NCBI GenBank assembly: GCA_963695555.1
Contig: CAVOGR010000001.1
Coordinates: 448,001-512,000 of the forward strand
Reading direction: 5' to 3'
Length of the DNA: 64,000 bases
Source of the DNA: an uncultured Gemmatimonadales bacterium
GTDB taxonomy: Bacteria > Gemmatimonadota > Gemmatimonadetes > Gemmatimonadales > GWC2-71-9
The notes under the pieces were generated by a model, which was not told where the DNA came from, searched no databases, and saw nothing but the letters and a program-made list of their open reading frames with translations. Made by a program: the position numbers and the translations under genes. Shown here piece by piece: positions 1-8,381 of this stretch (position 1 is the first letter of the stretch; each line of letters starts with the position of its first letter).

Positions 1-171
1 CTGTTTCTCGTCAAGGTCGCGTTCGGGCTCCTGGGCATCGTGTGGAGCCTCTTCTGGACCGTGGTCGTGTTCGCGGCCATCGGGTTCGTATTCTACTTGA
101 TTCTCCGGTTGATCAGCCCGCGGAGCGCGGACAAGGTCGAGGACATGATCAAGGGCAAGAAATCCGCCTGA
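1..171 (+). CDS. Small membrane protein, 3' part (truncated by window edge)
   Basis: Frame 1 is open from base 1: LFLVKVAFGLLGIVWSLFWTVVVFAAIGFVFYLILRLISPRSADKVEDMIKGKKSA*. It is hydrophobic, has a GC3-rich codon pattern and is not in the ORF track. Confidence 0.7.
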   Translation: MFLVKVAFGLLGIVWSLFWTVVVFAAIGFVFYLILRLISPRSADKVEDMIKGKKSA

Positions 172-190
172 AGAAACCGACTCCGAGGCA

Positions 191-222
191 CGAGCGCCCG
201 CACGGTTCCGTGCGGGCGCTCG
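191..222. terminator. GC-rich hairpin between convergent genes, probable terminator
   Basis: Perfect 14-bp stem CGAGCGCCCGCACG / CGTGCGGGCGCTCG with a 4-nt loop; no U-tract. Confidence 0.55.
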
Positions 223-250
223 CTGCAGCAATCTGGCGACCAGTGCTGCC

Positions 251-2434
251 TCAGTTCCCACTCGCATGTTGGCGTGAGTCCGAGCCCGTTGTCTGAATTG
301 TGGCAGCGACCTTGCGCCGGAACCAATCCAGCGTGTCGGACGCCGTTGTGAGGTCGAGTCCGCTCCTCTCCCATGGATCGGCGACGATGTCGTAGAGTTC
401 CTCCTGACCATCTCCATACCGGATGTAGTGGAGGCTTCCACTCACCAGCGAAACAATCCTTCCACTCTGCACGAGTGCCCACGACGGAGCCCAGGGTCCA
501 GGGCGGAGCTCGGCCAGCAGTGGCGTTTGCTCGGCCTGGTTTTCCTGACCGCCTGAATCCCAGAAACGTGAGAGAGGATTCCCGGGCAAGGCCGGCGCCA
601 TGCCTCCGAGCCTGAGGATTGTGGCTGGGAGATCAGCGGTCGTTACAGGCCGCGTGATTCGGAGACCTTGCGGGACCTTTCGTGGATGTACGATGACCAG
701 CGGGACCCGAAGTACAGGCAGGAACAAGCTCCTGCCATGTTCCGCCGAGCGTTGATTCTCACCGAATTCCTCGCCGTGATCGGAGGTGATGACTACCAGG
801 GTATTCTCCAGCAGGCCCCGGGCATCCAGTTCTTGGAGGAGTTTGTTAAGGTGGAGGTCGAGGAAGGCAATCTCCCCCTCATAGAGCTCCCGTAATACGG
901 CCAGCATACGGGGGTCGCCGAACGCACCGCTGGGCCTCGTCCATACAGGCGCAGAGGAAGATCCCCCCGTCAGCTGCCGGTGGGGTCGGTACGGTGAGTG
1001 CGCATCCATGTAGTTCAGGAATGCGAAGAATGGCGTGCTAGTGCGGGCGGAGCGATTGGAAAGCCAGGTCAGGAATGCTTCGTTTATATCGGGAGCGCTC
1101 TTCACCTCGCGTCCCCACTCCGATCGTTCGTCCCCAAATAACCTGAGCAGGAGACGTCTCCAGCCCCGCAAGCCCCCAAAACTCTCCACCAGTAGGGGCA
1201 GCGAGATCTTGTGGTCTTCGTAATGTACGAAGCCCCGGCTCAAGCCAGAACTCCGAGCAGTGTAGATCAAATTCCCTACAAATCCTGCAGTTTCGTAACC
1301 CTGGGTGAAGAGGTACTCGGCGAGGGTGAGGTGCGTCGGACCGAAAGGAACCCTCCAGTCGGCCAAGAGTTCAGTGGGGAGTCGCCCGGTAAAGATCGTC
1401 GCATGTGAGGGGAGGGTCCACGAGGCCGTGGCCAGTGCGTGGTCGAACACCACGGCGCGGTCTGCTAGTCGCTCGAGATTCGGGGTGGTGGGGCGGGAAT
1501 ACCCGTAAAGGCTCATGCTCGGGGCACGCACGGTGTCGAGGATGAGCAACAAGATGTTCGGCCGCATCGGTGAGGATGCAGGGAGACCTGCAAGCGCTCG
1601 CCGCTCCGAGTTCCACCTCGAGAGACGCTGGGCCGACCCCAGGAGTAACACTATAGCGGCGAGCCCGGCGGTGACCCACCGGGTAGTGCCCAGGAAGCCT
1701 CCTCCGCGAGTGCGCGTGAACCGCAGAAGCTGGAGGGTGATCCCTGCCGCCAAGAGGACGCTGCCGAAGTACATCAGACCGGGCAACCACACACGCAGGA
1801 GGATGAAGACCCCGTAGAACGCCACCCAGAATGAGAATTGGAGGGTTGGGCGGCGACGGGCGATTGCGAGCCCTGCCAACATCATGAGACCGAGAGCCGC
1901 AAACAGAATCGCCCCTGCCACCGGAGCCATCCAGATCACGTCCCACGAATAATCCCAACTTGGCCGATGCTCGATCCACTGCCGAATAGCCGCGTACGAG
2001 GCCTCGCCGCCGCCGGTCAACAGGCCAAAACAAACGGCCACGAGGAGGAAGTCTCGACGCCGTATGGGGACGGCGGGCCCGACCGCGAGGATGCGGGACG
2101 TGTGGTCTCTGATCTGGGGCCCGAAACGTCGCAGGATGTACCCGAGCCCGACCAGGGCAGCGAGGCCCATCGTCAGTGGGCGAGCGACGGAATTCCAGAA
2201 TGTGAGATATGTCTCGAGCGGGTTGGTTGCCTGACCGGTTATGATGGCGTTAAGGAACCCGAGGCTCCGGCCGTAATAGGCCGCCTCGATGAGTCGAGGG
2301 ACCACCCAAGTCGCGACCCCAGCCCAGGCTAACAAGACTGCGAACGCAAGCCACCAGTATCGACTATGCCGTCCGGGTGCAGTCTTCCTAGGTGAGGTCA
2401 TATGTTCCATATCTTGCGCACCGCTCGACACCAC
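251..2434 (-). CDS. Membrane-anchored sulfatase-like hydrolase/transferase (alkaline phosphatase superfamily)
   Basis: Multi-TM N-terminus, then PNILLLILDTVRA, ASWTLPSHATIFTG, NYMDAHSPY, TSDHGEEFGE and EELYDIVADPWE motifs. Confidence 0.85.
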   Translation of the reverse strand: MVSSGAQDMEHMTSPRKTAPGRHSRYWWLAFAVLLAWAGVATWVVPRLIEAAYYGRSLGFLNAIITGQATNPLETYLTFWNSVARPLTMGLAALVGLGYILRRFGPQIRDHTSRILAVGPAVPIRRRDFLLVAVCFGLLTGGGEASYAAIRQWIEHRPSWDYSWDVIWMAPVAGAILFAALGLMMLAGLAIARRRPTLQFSFWVAFYGVFILLRVWLPGLMYFGSVLLAAGITLQLLRFTRTRGGGFLGTTRWVTAGLAAIVLLLGSAQRLSRWNSERRALAGLPASSPMRPNILLLILDTVRAPSMSLYGYSRPTTPNLERLADRAVVFDHALATASWTLPSHATIFTGRLPTELLADWRVPFGPTHLTLAEYLFTQGYETAGFVGNLIYTARSSGLSRGFVHYEDHKISLPLLVESFGGLRGWRRLLLRLFGDERSEWGREVKSAPDINEAFLTWLSNRSARTSTPFFAFLNYMDAHSPYRPHRQLTGGSSSAPVWTRPSGAFGDPRMLAVLRELYEGEIAFLDLHLNKLLQELDARGLLENTLVVITSDHGEEFGENQRSAEHGRSLFLPVLRVPLVIVHPRKVPQGLRITRPVTTADLPATILRLGGMAPALPGNPLSRFWDSGGQENQAEQTPLLAELRPGPWAPSWALVQSGRIVSLVSGSLHYIRYGDGQEELYDIVADPWERSGLDLTTASDTLDWFRRKVAATIQTTGSDSRQHASGN

Positions 2435-2535
2435 GCCGGCGCGCGCCAGGAGGATTGCCTTCCTTGACGTAGTCTCATTGGGCGAGTCTCCTCGTTCGGA
2501 ACAGGGGGGCGATGTGGTGGGTGATTACTGAGGAT

Positions 2536-3303
2536 TCAAGACGCCGCCCGTGGTTGGGCGGGCAACACTACCTTCGTGAGCTTGAGCGTGATGGTGCCGA
2601 AATCGAGGCTCGAGCGAATCTGAACCGGAATCCGAAGCTCGTCATCGGTGATCCAGACACGCGCATCGGCGCGTTTGGAGAACATGCCCTGGTCGCCGAT
2701 CGTTGGATGCAAGACCAGGCAGGCGACCTTCTCTCCGTTGGGTAGCTTCATGATCTCCCGCTTTTCCACTTTCACCACTAGCGGGTTCTCGCTGTCGTTG
2801 TAGTACCGGTGGTACCGATATGTCTTGCCCAGGGTGAGCGGCGTGACCCGCATGAAATACAAGAAGGCCGTATCATCGAGCGGCTTCTTCGGGGTCGGTT
2901 TGACGCCTTCCTTGCCGACTTGGATATAATGGCCCGAATCGGGGAAAATCTCGTAGGTATATTCGCGGAGGCGCTTGCCCTCCTCGAGCTCCTTATGGAA
3001 CCTGAGGGAGACCAGATCTGCCGTGGCGCTCCACGACTGGAGCTTGTCCCGTAGCGTGAAGCCCAGGGCACCGCCTTCCAGGCCGAATTCGAAGCGGAAC
3101 GTCTCCACTCCTCGCAACGTGTCGATGCCGGAGACCTCCATGTACCCCTCGCCCAGCTTCAGAAGGCCGATTTTGGCGTCGTATTCGAACCGCTCTCCCA
3201 CGGCAAACGGATAGTCGGAATAGGTGCGAGCCTGCTCCGGCATCGGCGAACCGGCAGTGGCGCCTGCGCCTTGGAGAGCCAGCAACAGCACGAGTCCCGT
3301 CAT
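2536..3303 (-). CDS. DUF3108-like exported protein
   Basis: Signal peptide; PFAVGERFEY near the start and VWITDDELRIPVQIRS near the C-terminus, typical of DUF3108. Confidence 0.75.
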   Translation of the reverse strand: MTGLVLLLALQGAGATAGSPMPEQARTYSDYPFAVGERFEYDAKIGLLKLGEGYMEVSGIDTLRGVETFRFEFGLEGGALGFTLRDKLQSWSATADLVSLRFHKELEEGKRLREYTYEIFPDSGHYIQVGKEGVKPTPKKPLDDTAFLYFMRVTPLTLGKTYRYHRYYNDSENPLVVKVEKREIMKLPNGEKVACLVLHPTIGDQGMFSKRADARVWITDDELRIPVQIRSSLDFGTITLKLTKVVLPAQPRAAS

Positions 3304-4097
3304 GATGTCACCGCCGACTTCGGCGGCCGCCGAGTGCTGCCCGCGCCGTTGGCCCGCTCAAGTTTGGCGGGTTGGGGAATGACGAGCTCGCGGCTCTGGC
3401 GCCAGAGTCCGCGGGCCGTCTTCCATGGGTGGATGCGGGATGGACGCTGGCGGAGATCGTGCCGCTCGGTGGTCGAAACGGTCTCGACCCGGCGTGCAAA
3501 GGCCCCAAGCCGGCCCACCAGCTCCGCGTTGGCCCCCCAGCCGTCCAACATGAGCAGTTGTCCATGAACGGATTGCAGGAGACTCCGAACCGTGAAGAGA
3601 CGTGCGGCAAGATAGCCGCTGCACAAATCGGAGACGCCCGGCACCGCGACCTTCTTCCGGAACAGCCGCGGCGACCAGCGCCGCACCCAGCGGTAGGCGC
3701 GCGATGGCGCCCCGGCCAACTCCGCCTCGGCAACGACCAAGTCCGCCCCGCTCTCCATTCGCCGAACCAAGTCGGGAATGGTCTCGGCATCGTGGGTGAA
3801 ATCGGCTGACAGCAAGATGAGGGAATCGCGCTTCGGCTTGTCCGTCAGATCGACGGCGTGACGGAACAGAGTCTCGACTGCGGCGGGGTATCCGCGATGA
3901 GTGGCCTGCCGATAGATCGTCAGCGGAAGGACCTTGGCGTATGGCTCGAGCACCTCGGTGGTCGCGTCGGTCGAGGCGTCGTCACACACCAGGAGCTGGT
4001 ATTCGCGTGGAAATGCGTCGAACACCTTTCGGATCTTCCAGAGGAGGACCCCAACGGTGCTGGCTTCGTTGTGACACGGTATGCAGACATAGATCAT
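3300..4097 (-). CDS. Glycosyltransferase family 2
   Basis: MIYVCIPCHNEA...VCDDASTDAT GT-A motifs; ATG at 4097 overlaps the upstream stop (ATGA). Confidence 0.85.
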   Translation of the reverse strand: MIYVCIPCHNEASTVGVLLWKIRKVFDAFPREYQLLVCDDASTDATTEVLEPYAKVLPLTIYRQATHRGYPAAVETLFRHAVDLTDKPKRDSLILLSADFTHDAETIPDLVRRMESGADLVVAEAELAGAPSRAYRWVRRWSPRLFRKKVAVPGVSDLCSGYLAARLFTVRSLLQSVHGQLLMLDGWGANAELVGRLGAFARRVETVSTTERHDLRQRPSRIHPWKTARGLWRQSRELVIPQPAKLERANGAGSTRRPPKSAVTS

Positions 4098-5173
4098 GGG
4101 CCGCCAACCTCTTTCTGCATCGAACGATACACGGACGCGAGCGCCTCGGCCATTCTGACATCGGTGAAGTCGGTGACGCGCTCGGCCGCGAGACGCACCA
4201 TTGCTTGGCACTCATCACTCTGAGTCAAGATCCGGACCACGGCGTTCGCCACGTCCGCGGGTGACCGCGGAGGGACCAGGAGTCCCGCCCCTCCGCCCAC
4301 CAACTCCGGGATTCCGCCTACTTCTACCGCCACAACCGGGACTTCCATGGCCATCGCGTCGAGGATCGAGGTGCCGAGGCCCTCCTGTAGAGGGGTGGCG
4401 ACCATCACGTCGGAGCCGCCAATGAGGGCCTCCGCGTCGGTAAAATGTCCCAAAAGATGGACATATTCGCCCAGGCCGAGACTTTGGATCTGGCTCTCCA
4501 GGGCCGCCCGTCGGTCACCCTCGCCTGCCAGGATCCAGTGGAGATTCGGCAGCCGGGCTCGGGTCTCCGCCGCAGCCGCGATGACGATGTCCTGCCCCTT
4601 GTGGCGGTCCAGCGCCCCAACGGCCACGGCAATCTGTGCATCGGGTCGGAGGCCGAGCAGCGTCCTGGGATCGATCCGCTGCAGCATTCGGAGTGCATCG
4701 AGGTCTATTCCCGAGCGGATGACCGTGATGCGATCAGGAAGTACGCCGCTCTCTCTGAGTATTCGTCCGACGGCCTCCGATATTGCGATCACCCTATCTG
4801 CCCGGCTCCAGAAGCCTGGCCTGGTGAGCGGGAACGCCGTGCGTCGGGTCGCGACGAACCGGCAACCCCTGAGTCGAGCTGCCAGCCCGGCCAGGATCAC
4901 GGCATGGGAATCGTGGGCGTGGAGGATATCGGAGCGGCGGCACTCCGATAAGGTTGCCCAGAGCGCGCGAGGATCGAGTCCCATAGTCCAACCCGGCGTT
5001 TGCACCGGGATGGAGGCCTGCTCGAGACGCCGCGCAAGCTGCGAGCCCCGACTCGTGACGACCACCTGTTCGATATCGGGGAGGTGGCCAAGCGCGCGCG
5101 CGGTGAACCAGACTTGGCGCTGACCGCCGCGCCACTCGCGTCCTGAAGCCACGTGCACGACGCGGATACTCAC
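4094..5173 (-). CDS. Glycosyltransferase family 4 (GT-B)
   Basis: WRGGQRQV, ILHAHDSHA and EGLGTSILDAMAMEVPVVA motifs; likely GTG start at 5173. Confidence 0.88.
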   Translation of the reverse strand: MSIRVVHVASGREWRGGQRQVWFTARALGHLPDIEQVVVTSRGSQLARRLEQASIPVQTPGWTMGLDPRALWATLSECRRSDILHAHDSHAVILAGLAARLRGCRFVATRRTAFPLTRPGFWSRADRVIAISEAVGRILRESGVLPDRITVIRSGIDLDALRMLQRIDPRTLLGLRPDAQIAVAVGALDRHKGQDIVIAAAAETRARLPNLHWILAGEGDRRAALESQIQSLGLGEYVHLLGHFTDAEALIGGSDVMVATPLQEGLGTSILDAMAMEVPVVAVEVGGIPELVGGGAGLLVPPRSPADVANAVVRILTQSDECQAMVRLAAERVTDFTDVRMAEALASVYRSMQKEVGGP

Positions 5174-5224
5174 GACTCGCCTGGGCGTTGCGTGGTCGGC
5201 GGATGCCCGCGCTGCTGTTGCTCG

Positions 5225-5354
5225 CAGCTTGGGCGCCGGCTCTTGGTCTCCGCGGTTCGAGCCATCATGTGAAAGGAGGTGCAAGCCTCTTTTTCGGAGG
5301 GGAACGTGGGTGTGGCCCGCTGGCTGTACCAATTCGCTCCCCGGTGTCGTGCTG
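5225..5354 (+). ncRNA. Candidate structured non-coding RNA (long bulged rod, 6S-like shape)
   Basis: Nested pairings read by eye: CAGC/GCTG, GGCGCCGG/CCGGTGTC, TTGGT/ACCAA, GCGGTT/GGCTGT, CGAGCCAT/GTGGCCCG, CATGT/ACGTG, and an apical GAAAGGAGGT-GCAA-GCCTCTTTTTC hairpin. Many G-U pairs favour the + strand. Confidence 0.45.
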
Positions 5355-5367
5355 GCACGTCGTGTGC
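5353..5367 (+). promoter_or_regulatory. Putative sigma54 (-24/-12) promoter
   Basis: TGGCACGTCGTGTGC has the GG-N10-GC spacing and lies ~80 nt upstream of ATG 5446. Confidence 0.5.
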
Positions 5368-5445
5368 GTGCCTATCGAGGCAGTATAGTCTCTATGGAAG
5401 CGGCACAGGGTACCGGAGTGCGGGGGAGCCTCGGAGGAACACCGC

Positions 5446-6145
5446 ATGATCCTAGCGGACACTCGGGGACGACTGACCGGCGATGACGTCGAGTTGGTCA
5501 TCCTGGTTCTCAGCAATGGCTCGGCGAACAGGCGCGCGAGTCTCGAGCGTCGCCTCGTGGCCGAGGGGCCGGATGTCCTGTTGGACGAACCCGGACTCGT
5601 CGAGCGTTTGCTCGCGCTCCCGACCCTCATGGTCCCATCGCAGCCGCTGCTCTTCTACGTCCTGGTCCGGCACGCCCTGCTCCGTTCAGGAATCGACGAC
5701 AGGGATTTGGCGGATTATCTCGCCTCCATGCTGTCCACGTTCGGCCAGCGCGACCGCGCCTGGCGGATCGATTGGAACGACGACCACCAACATCATTACC
5801 TCATCGACATCGTCTCGGATTTGGAGGCGACCCAGGGAAACCGCCAATTCAAGGTGATGGCCCATCTGGGGAACTACGCTCTCTGGGTGGCAGGCGTATT
5901 CCCCGATTACATCACGGCGCGGCAACGACGTAAGGGCGGGCCCGACGTAAGCTACTACGAGTCATGGGGTCAACGGGGCTACCGACTGGCTGCCCGCCAC
6001 GAGCTGGCGGACCGACTCCGGCCTCGACCGGGTGTTCGACGTGGCGGCCGACCGATTCTCCGCGGTGCGGAGCGCATTCAACGAGCTGAGCGCCCAGCTC
6101 CATTTCCCTGGGCGGCTGGCTTCCGGGTTGGATCCCCTCCACTAA
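5446..6145 (+). CDS. Conserved hypothetical protein with a +1 frameshift near 6016
   Basis: Protein-like sequence (HLGNYALWVAGVFPDYI, PDVSYYE). After HELADR the plausible sequence continues in the next frame as SGLDRVFDVAADRFSAVRSAFNELS...LH* with TAA at 6143-6145. Confidence 0.7.
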
Positions 6146-6168
6146 CCGACAACCGAGCAGTCGGCCTC

Positions 6169-6885
6169 CTACTTCGTTGCCTGCCCAACCAATGCCCGGA
6201 AGAGGCTCATGTCCGGCGCGGCCCTATCCCGCCAAAAACTCTCAGGATGCCATTGGACGCCGAGCAGCCAGCCGTTGTCGTGCTGCTCGACGGCCTCGAT
6301 GACCCCGTCGTGCGATTCAGCTGACACGGCGAGGCCGGGCGCCAAGTCTCGAATGGCCTGATGATGAAAGGAGTTGACCGCGAGCGTGTCACACTCGAGC
6401 GCCGCATTCAGCTGACTCTGGGGATGGATGGTGATGGCGTGGCTCCTCACGTCCCAGCGCTCGCCGATGTCGTGGTTGAGCGGACCGCCGAATTCACTGG
6501 GCAGGTCCTGCCACAATGTGCCGCCGAGCGCAACGTTCACCAACTGCAGCCCGCGGCAGATTGCGAGGGTGGGCAGGTGGCGCTCCCTGGCGGCGGCGAA
6601 CAAGATGAGTTCGAATTCGTCGCGCCGGCGATCGATCTTCTTCAACTTGGGGCTGGGTTCGGCCCCGTATCGTGCCGGGTCGACGTCCTCTCCGCCTGAG
6701 AGGATCAGGGCATCGCATCCGTCGAGCGCGTGGATAGTGTGGCCGATGTCCATGAGGGGGGAGAGCAGGAAGGGCATCCCACCGGCGCTCGCCACCGCGT
6801 GAACATAGTCGACGTTGACCCCCGTTCGGTGCTTCCCGCCGTCATCGGTCACTCGTCCCGAGACGGCGATCCGCGGGGGCCTCAC
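6169..6885 (-). CDS. Gamma-glutamyl-gamma-aminobutyrate hydrolase family protein (peptidase C26, class I glutamine amidotransferase)
   Basis: LSGGEDVDP, LAICRGLQLVNVALGGTL, VNSFHHQAI and GVQWHPE motifs. Confidence 0.9.
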   Translation of the reverse strand: MRPPRIAVSGRVTDDGGKHRTGVNVDYVHAVASAGGMPFLLSPLMDIGHTIHALDGCDALILSGGEDVDPARYGAEPSPKLKKIDRRRDEFELILFAAARERHLPTLAICRGLQLVNVALGGTLWQDLPSEFGGPLNHDIGERWDVRSHAITIHPQSQLNAALECDTLAVNSFHHQAIRDLAPGLAVSAESHDGVIEAVEQHDNGWLLGVQWHPESFWRDRAAPDMSLFRALVGQATK

Positions 6886-7373
6886 GGAAGGACGCTGTCC
6901 GGGAAGAAGGGGCAGCCCGGCTGCTCGAACTTGACGGAATCGAGCTGGATGCCAATGAGCGGGACCAGTTTCGACCCGATCGAGACCTGCCCGATTTGGG
7001 GTGCCCCCGTCACTTTGGCGCCCTCGTATACCATGAGCCCCCGGGCCGTTCCATCAGGGTTGAGAACCAGCACGCCGTATTCGGGATCGGTGTTCTCGGG
7101 AAAGGTTCCCTCCACGCCGATCACCCAGCCGGAATCCGACCGGCCCACGAAGGCCGGGTAGGCCGGACCCACCGCAAACCTGGCCACGAGGGTCTCCGGC
7201 AGGGTCGCCGGCGGACCTCCAAGGGTTTGATCGGGTGTATTGAATTCGGAGAGCAACAGCGTGGGCCCCGCCAGGGCGGCAATGCCGCAGCCTGCGCGAC
7301 CCGGGCCCTCTCGGCCGCCGCAGCCGGCGATGGCCAGGATGGTGACGCCGGCCCAGACGTAAGGGCGTCGCAT
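6882..7373 (-). CDS. Hypothetical lipoprotein
   Basis: Lipobox IAGC; RBS GAGG upstream; stop overlaps the next start. Confidence 0.7.
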   Translation of the reverse strand: MRRPYVWAGVTILAIAGCGGREGPGRAGCGIAALAGPTLLLSEFNTPDQTLGGPPATLPETLVARFAVGPAYPAFVGRSDSGWVIGVEGTFPENTDPEYGVLVLNPDGTARGLMVYEGAKVTGAPQIGQVSIGSKLVPLIGIQLDSVKFEQPGCPFFPDSVLP

Positions 7374-7452
7374 GGCAGATATCCTCGGTAAGTTGTGGCA
7401 CCGCTAGGCTTTCTAAAGATATCATGATGCCGGGTTCCCGGCCCGGCATCGC

Positions 7453-7481
7453 TTGACGCCCCCGAACGGGAACCCTAACAT
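7453..7481 (+). promoter_or_regulatory. Putative sigma70 promoter
   Basis: TTGACG-N17-TAACAT, ~30 nt upstream of GTG 7512. Confidence 0.55.
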
Positions 7482-7511
7482 ACTTGAGCCTCACAGACTG
7501 GAGATATTGCT

Positions 7512-7676
7512 GTGGCCTTGTACGAGTACCATTGCACTGCCTGTGGCCACGACTTTGATCGTTTCATGTCCCTCGCGGAGCATGAGCGGGCTCGGGTGGG
7601 CTGTCCGAAGTGCAAATCGACCAAGGTCGAACGGGTGTTCACGCCATTCTATGCCAAGACCGTCAGGAAATCCTGA
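7512..7676 (+). CDS. FmdB-family zinc-ribbon protein
   Basis: MALYEYHCTACGHDFDRFMSLAEHERARVGCPKCKSTKVERVFTPFYAKTVRKS*, 54 aa and absent from the ORF track; YEYxCxxCG...CPxC signature; GGAG RBS. Confidence 0.85.
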   Translation: MALYEYHCTACGHDFDRFMSLAEHERARVGCPKCKSTKVERVFTPFYAKTVRKS

Positions 7677-8254
7677 TGGTCTTTGAGGGTCTGCGGGAAC
7701 GTCTCGAGCGCTTGCTGGCAGAGGACGACCCTTTATCCCGCACCCGGGCACAGCTTGCCCGCTTCAGGGATACCCTAATCGACGCCAAGGCCGGCGTGCA
7801 CCAGATGCGCGAAGCACTGGTGCAGACGGAGCGGAATCTGGAGCGGGAACGGAAGCATCTGGTGGATGCCGAACGCCGCGGGCGCCTCGCGGCAGACATT
7901 TCTGATCGAGAGACAGCCGAGATCGCCGAGGAGTTCGCAGCCAAGCACCGGGAGCGGGTCGCGGTCTTGGAGCGAAAACTGGCGGCGCAACGTGACGAGT
8001 TGGCGCTAGCGGAGCGTGAAGTCGCGGATATGGCGCAGCGCATGAAGGATGCGAAGCTTGGTCTCCCAACGGAGGACGTGAGCGACAGCGTCAAGCGAGC
8101 GTGGCGTGACTTGGAGGCCGCCGGTGCCCCCAACCCCGAGACGGACCTCCGCAACGAGTTGCTCGGTTCCGAACTGGACCAGCACGCCAAGGAGCAGGCG
8201 GTCGAAGCCCAGCTTGCCCATCTCAAGGACAAGCTCAACCGCGACAAGAAGTAG
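7676..8254 (+). CDS. PspA/IM30-like coiled-coil protein
   Basis: All-helical charged heptad sequence ending VEAQLAHLKDKL; ATG overlaps the FmdB stop (TGATG). Confidence 0.6.
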   Translation: MVFEGLRERLERLLAEDDPLSRTRAQLARFRDTLIDAKAGVHQMREALVQTERNLERERKHLVDAERRGRLAADISDRETAEIAEEFAAKHRERVAVLERKLAAQRDELALAEREVADMAQRMKDAKLGLPTEDVSDSVKRAWRDLEAAGAPNPETDLRNELLGSELDQHAKEQAVEAQLAHLKDKLNRDKK

Positions 8255-8381
8255 ATCCCGCCGCGCCGATTGCTGGGTGTGGCGATGCGTGACCGGCACC
8301 GCTGGGTGTCGCGCAGACGATGTGCATGACATGTTGCGTCCGTTTCACAGCCCATAGCTCCCTCAGGGGGACGACCAAGCG

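Noticed and set aside
5170..5358. 62-aa minus-strand ORF or N-terminal extension of GT4
   Set aside because: The sequence is not protein-like; the region is better explained by the + strand RNA structure, and GT4 homology starts near 5173.
7396..7410. TGGCAC as a sigma54 promoter
   Set aside because: The GG-to-GC spacing is off by one, and a good sigma70 motif is present downstream.
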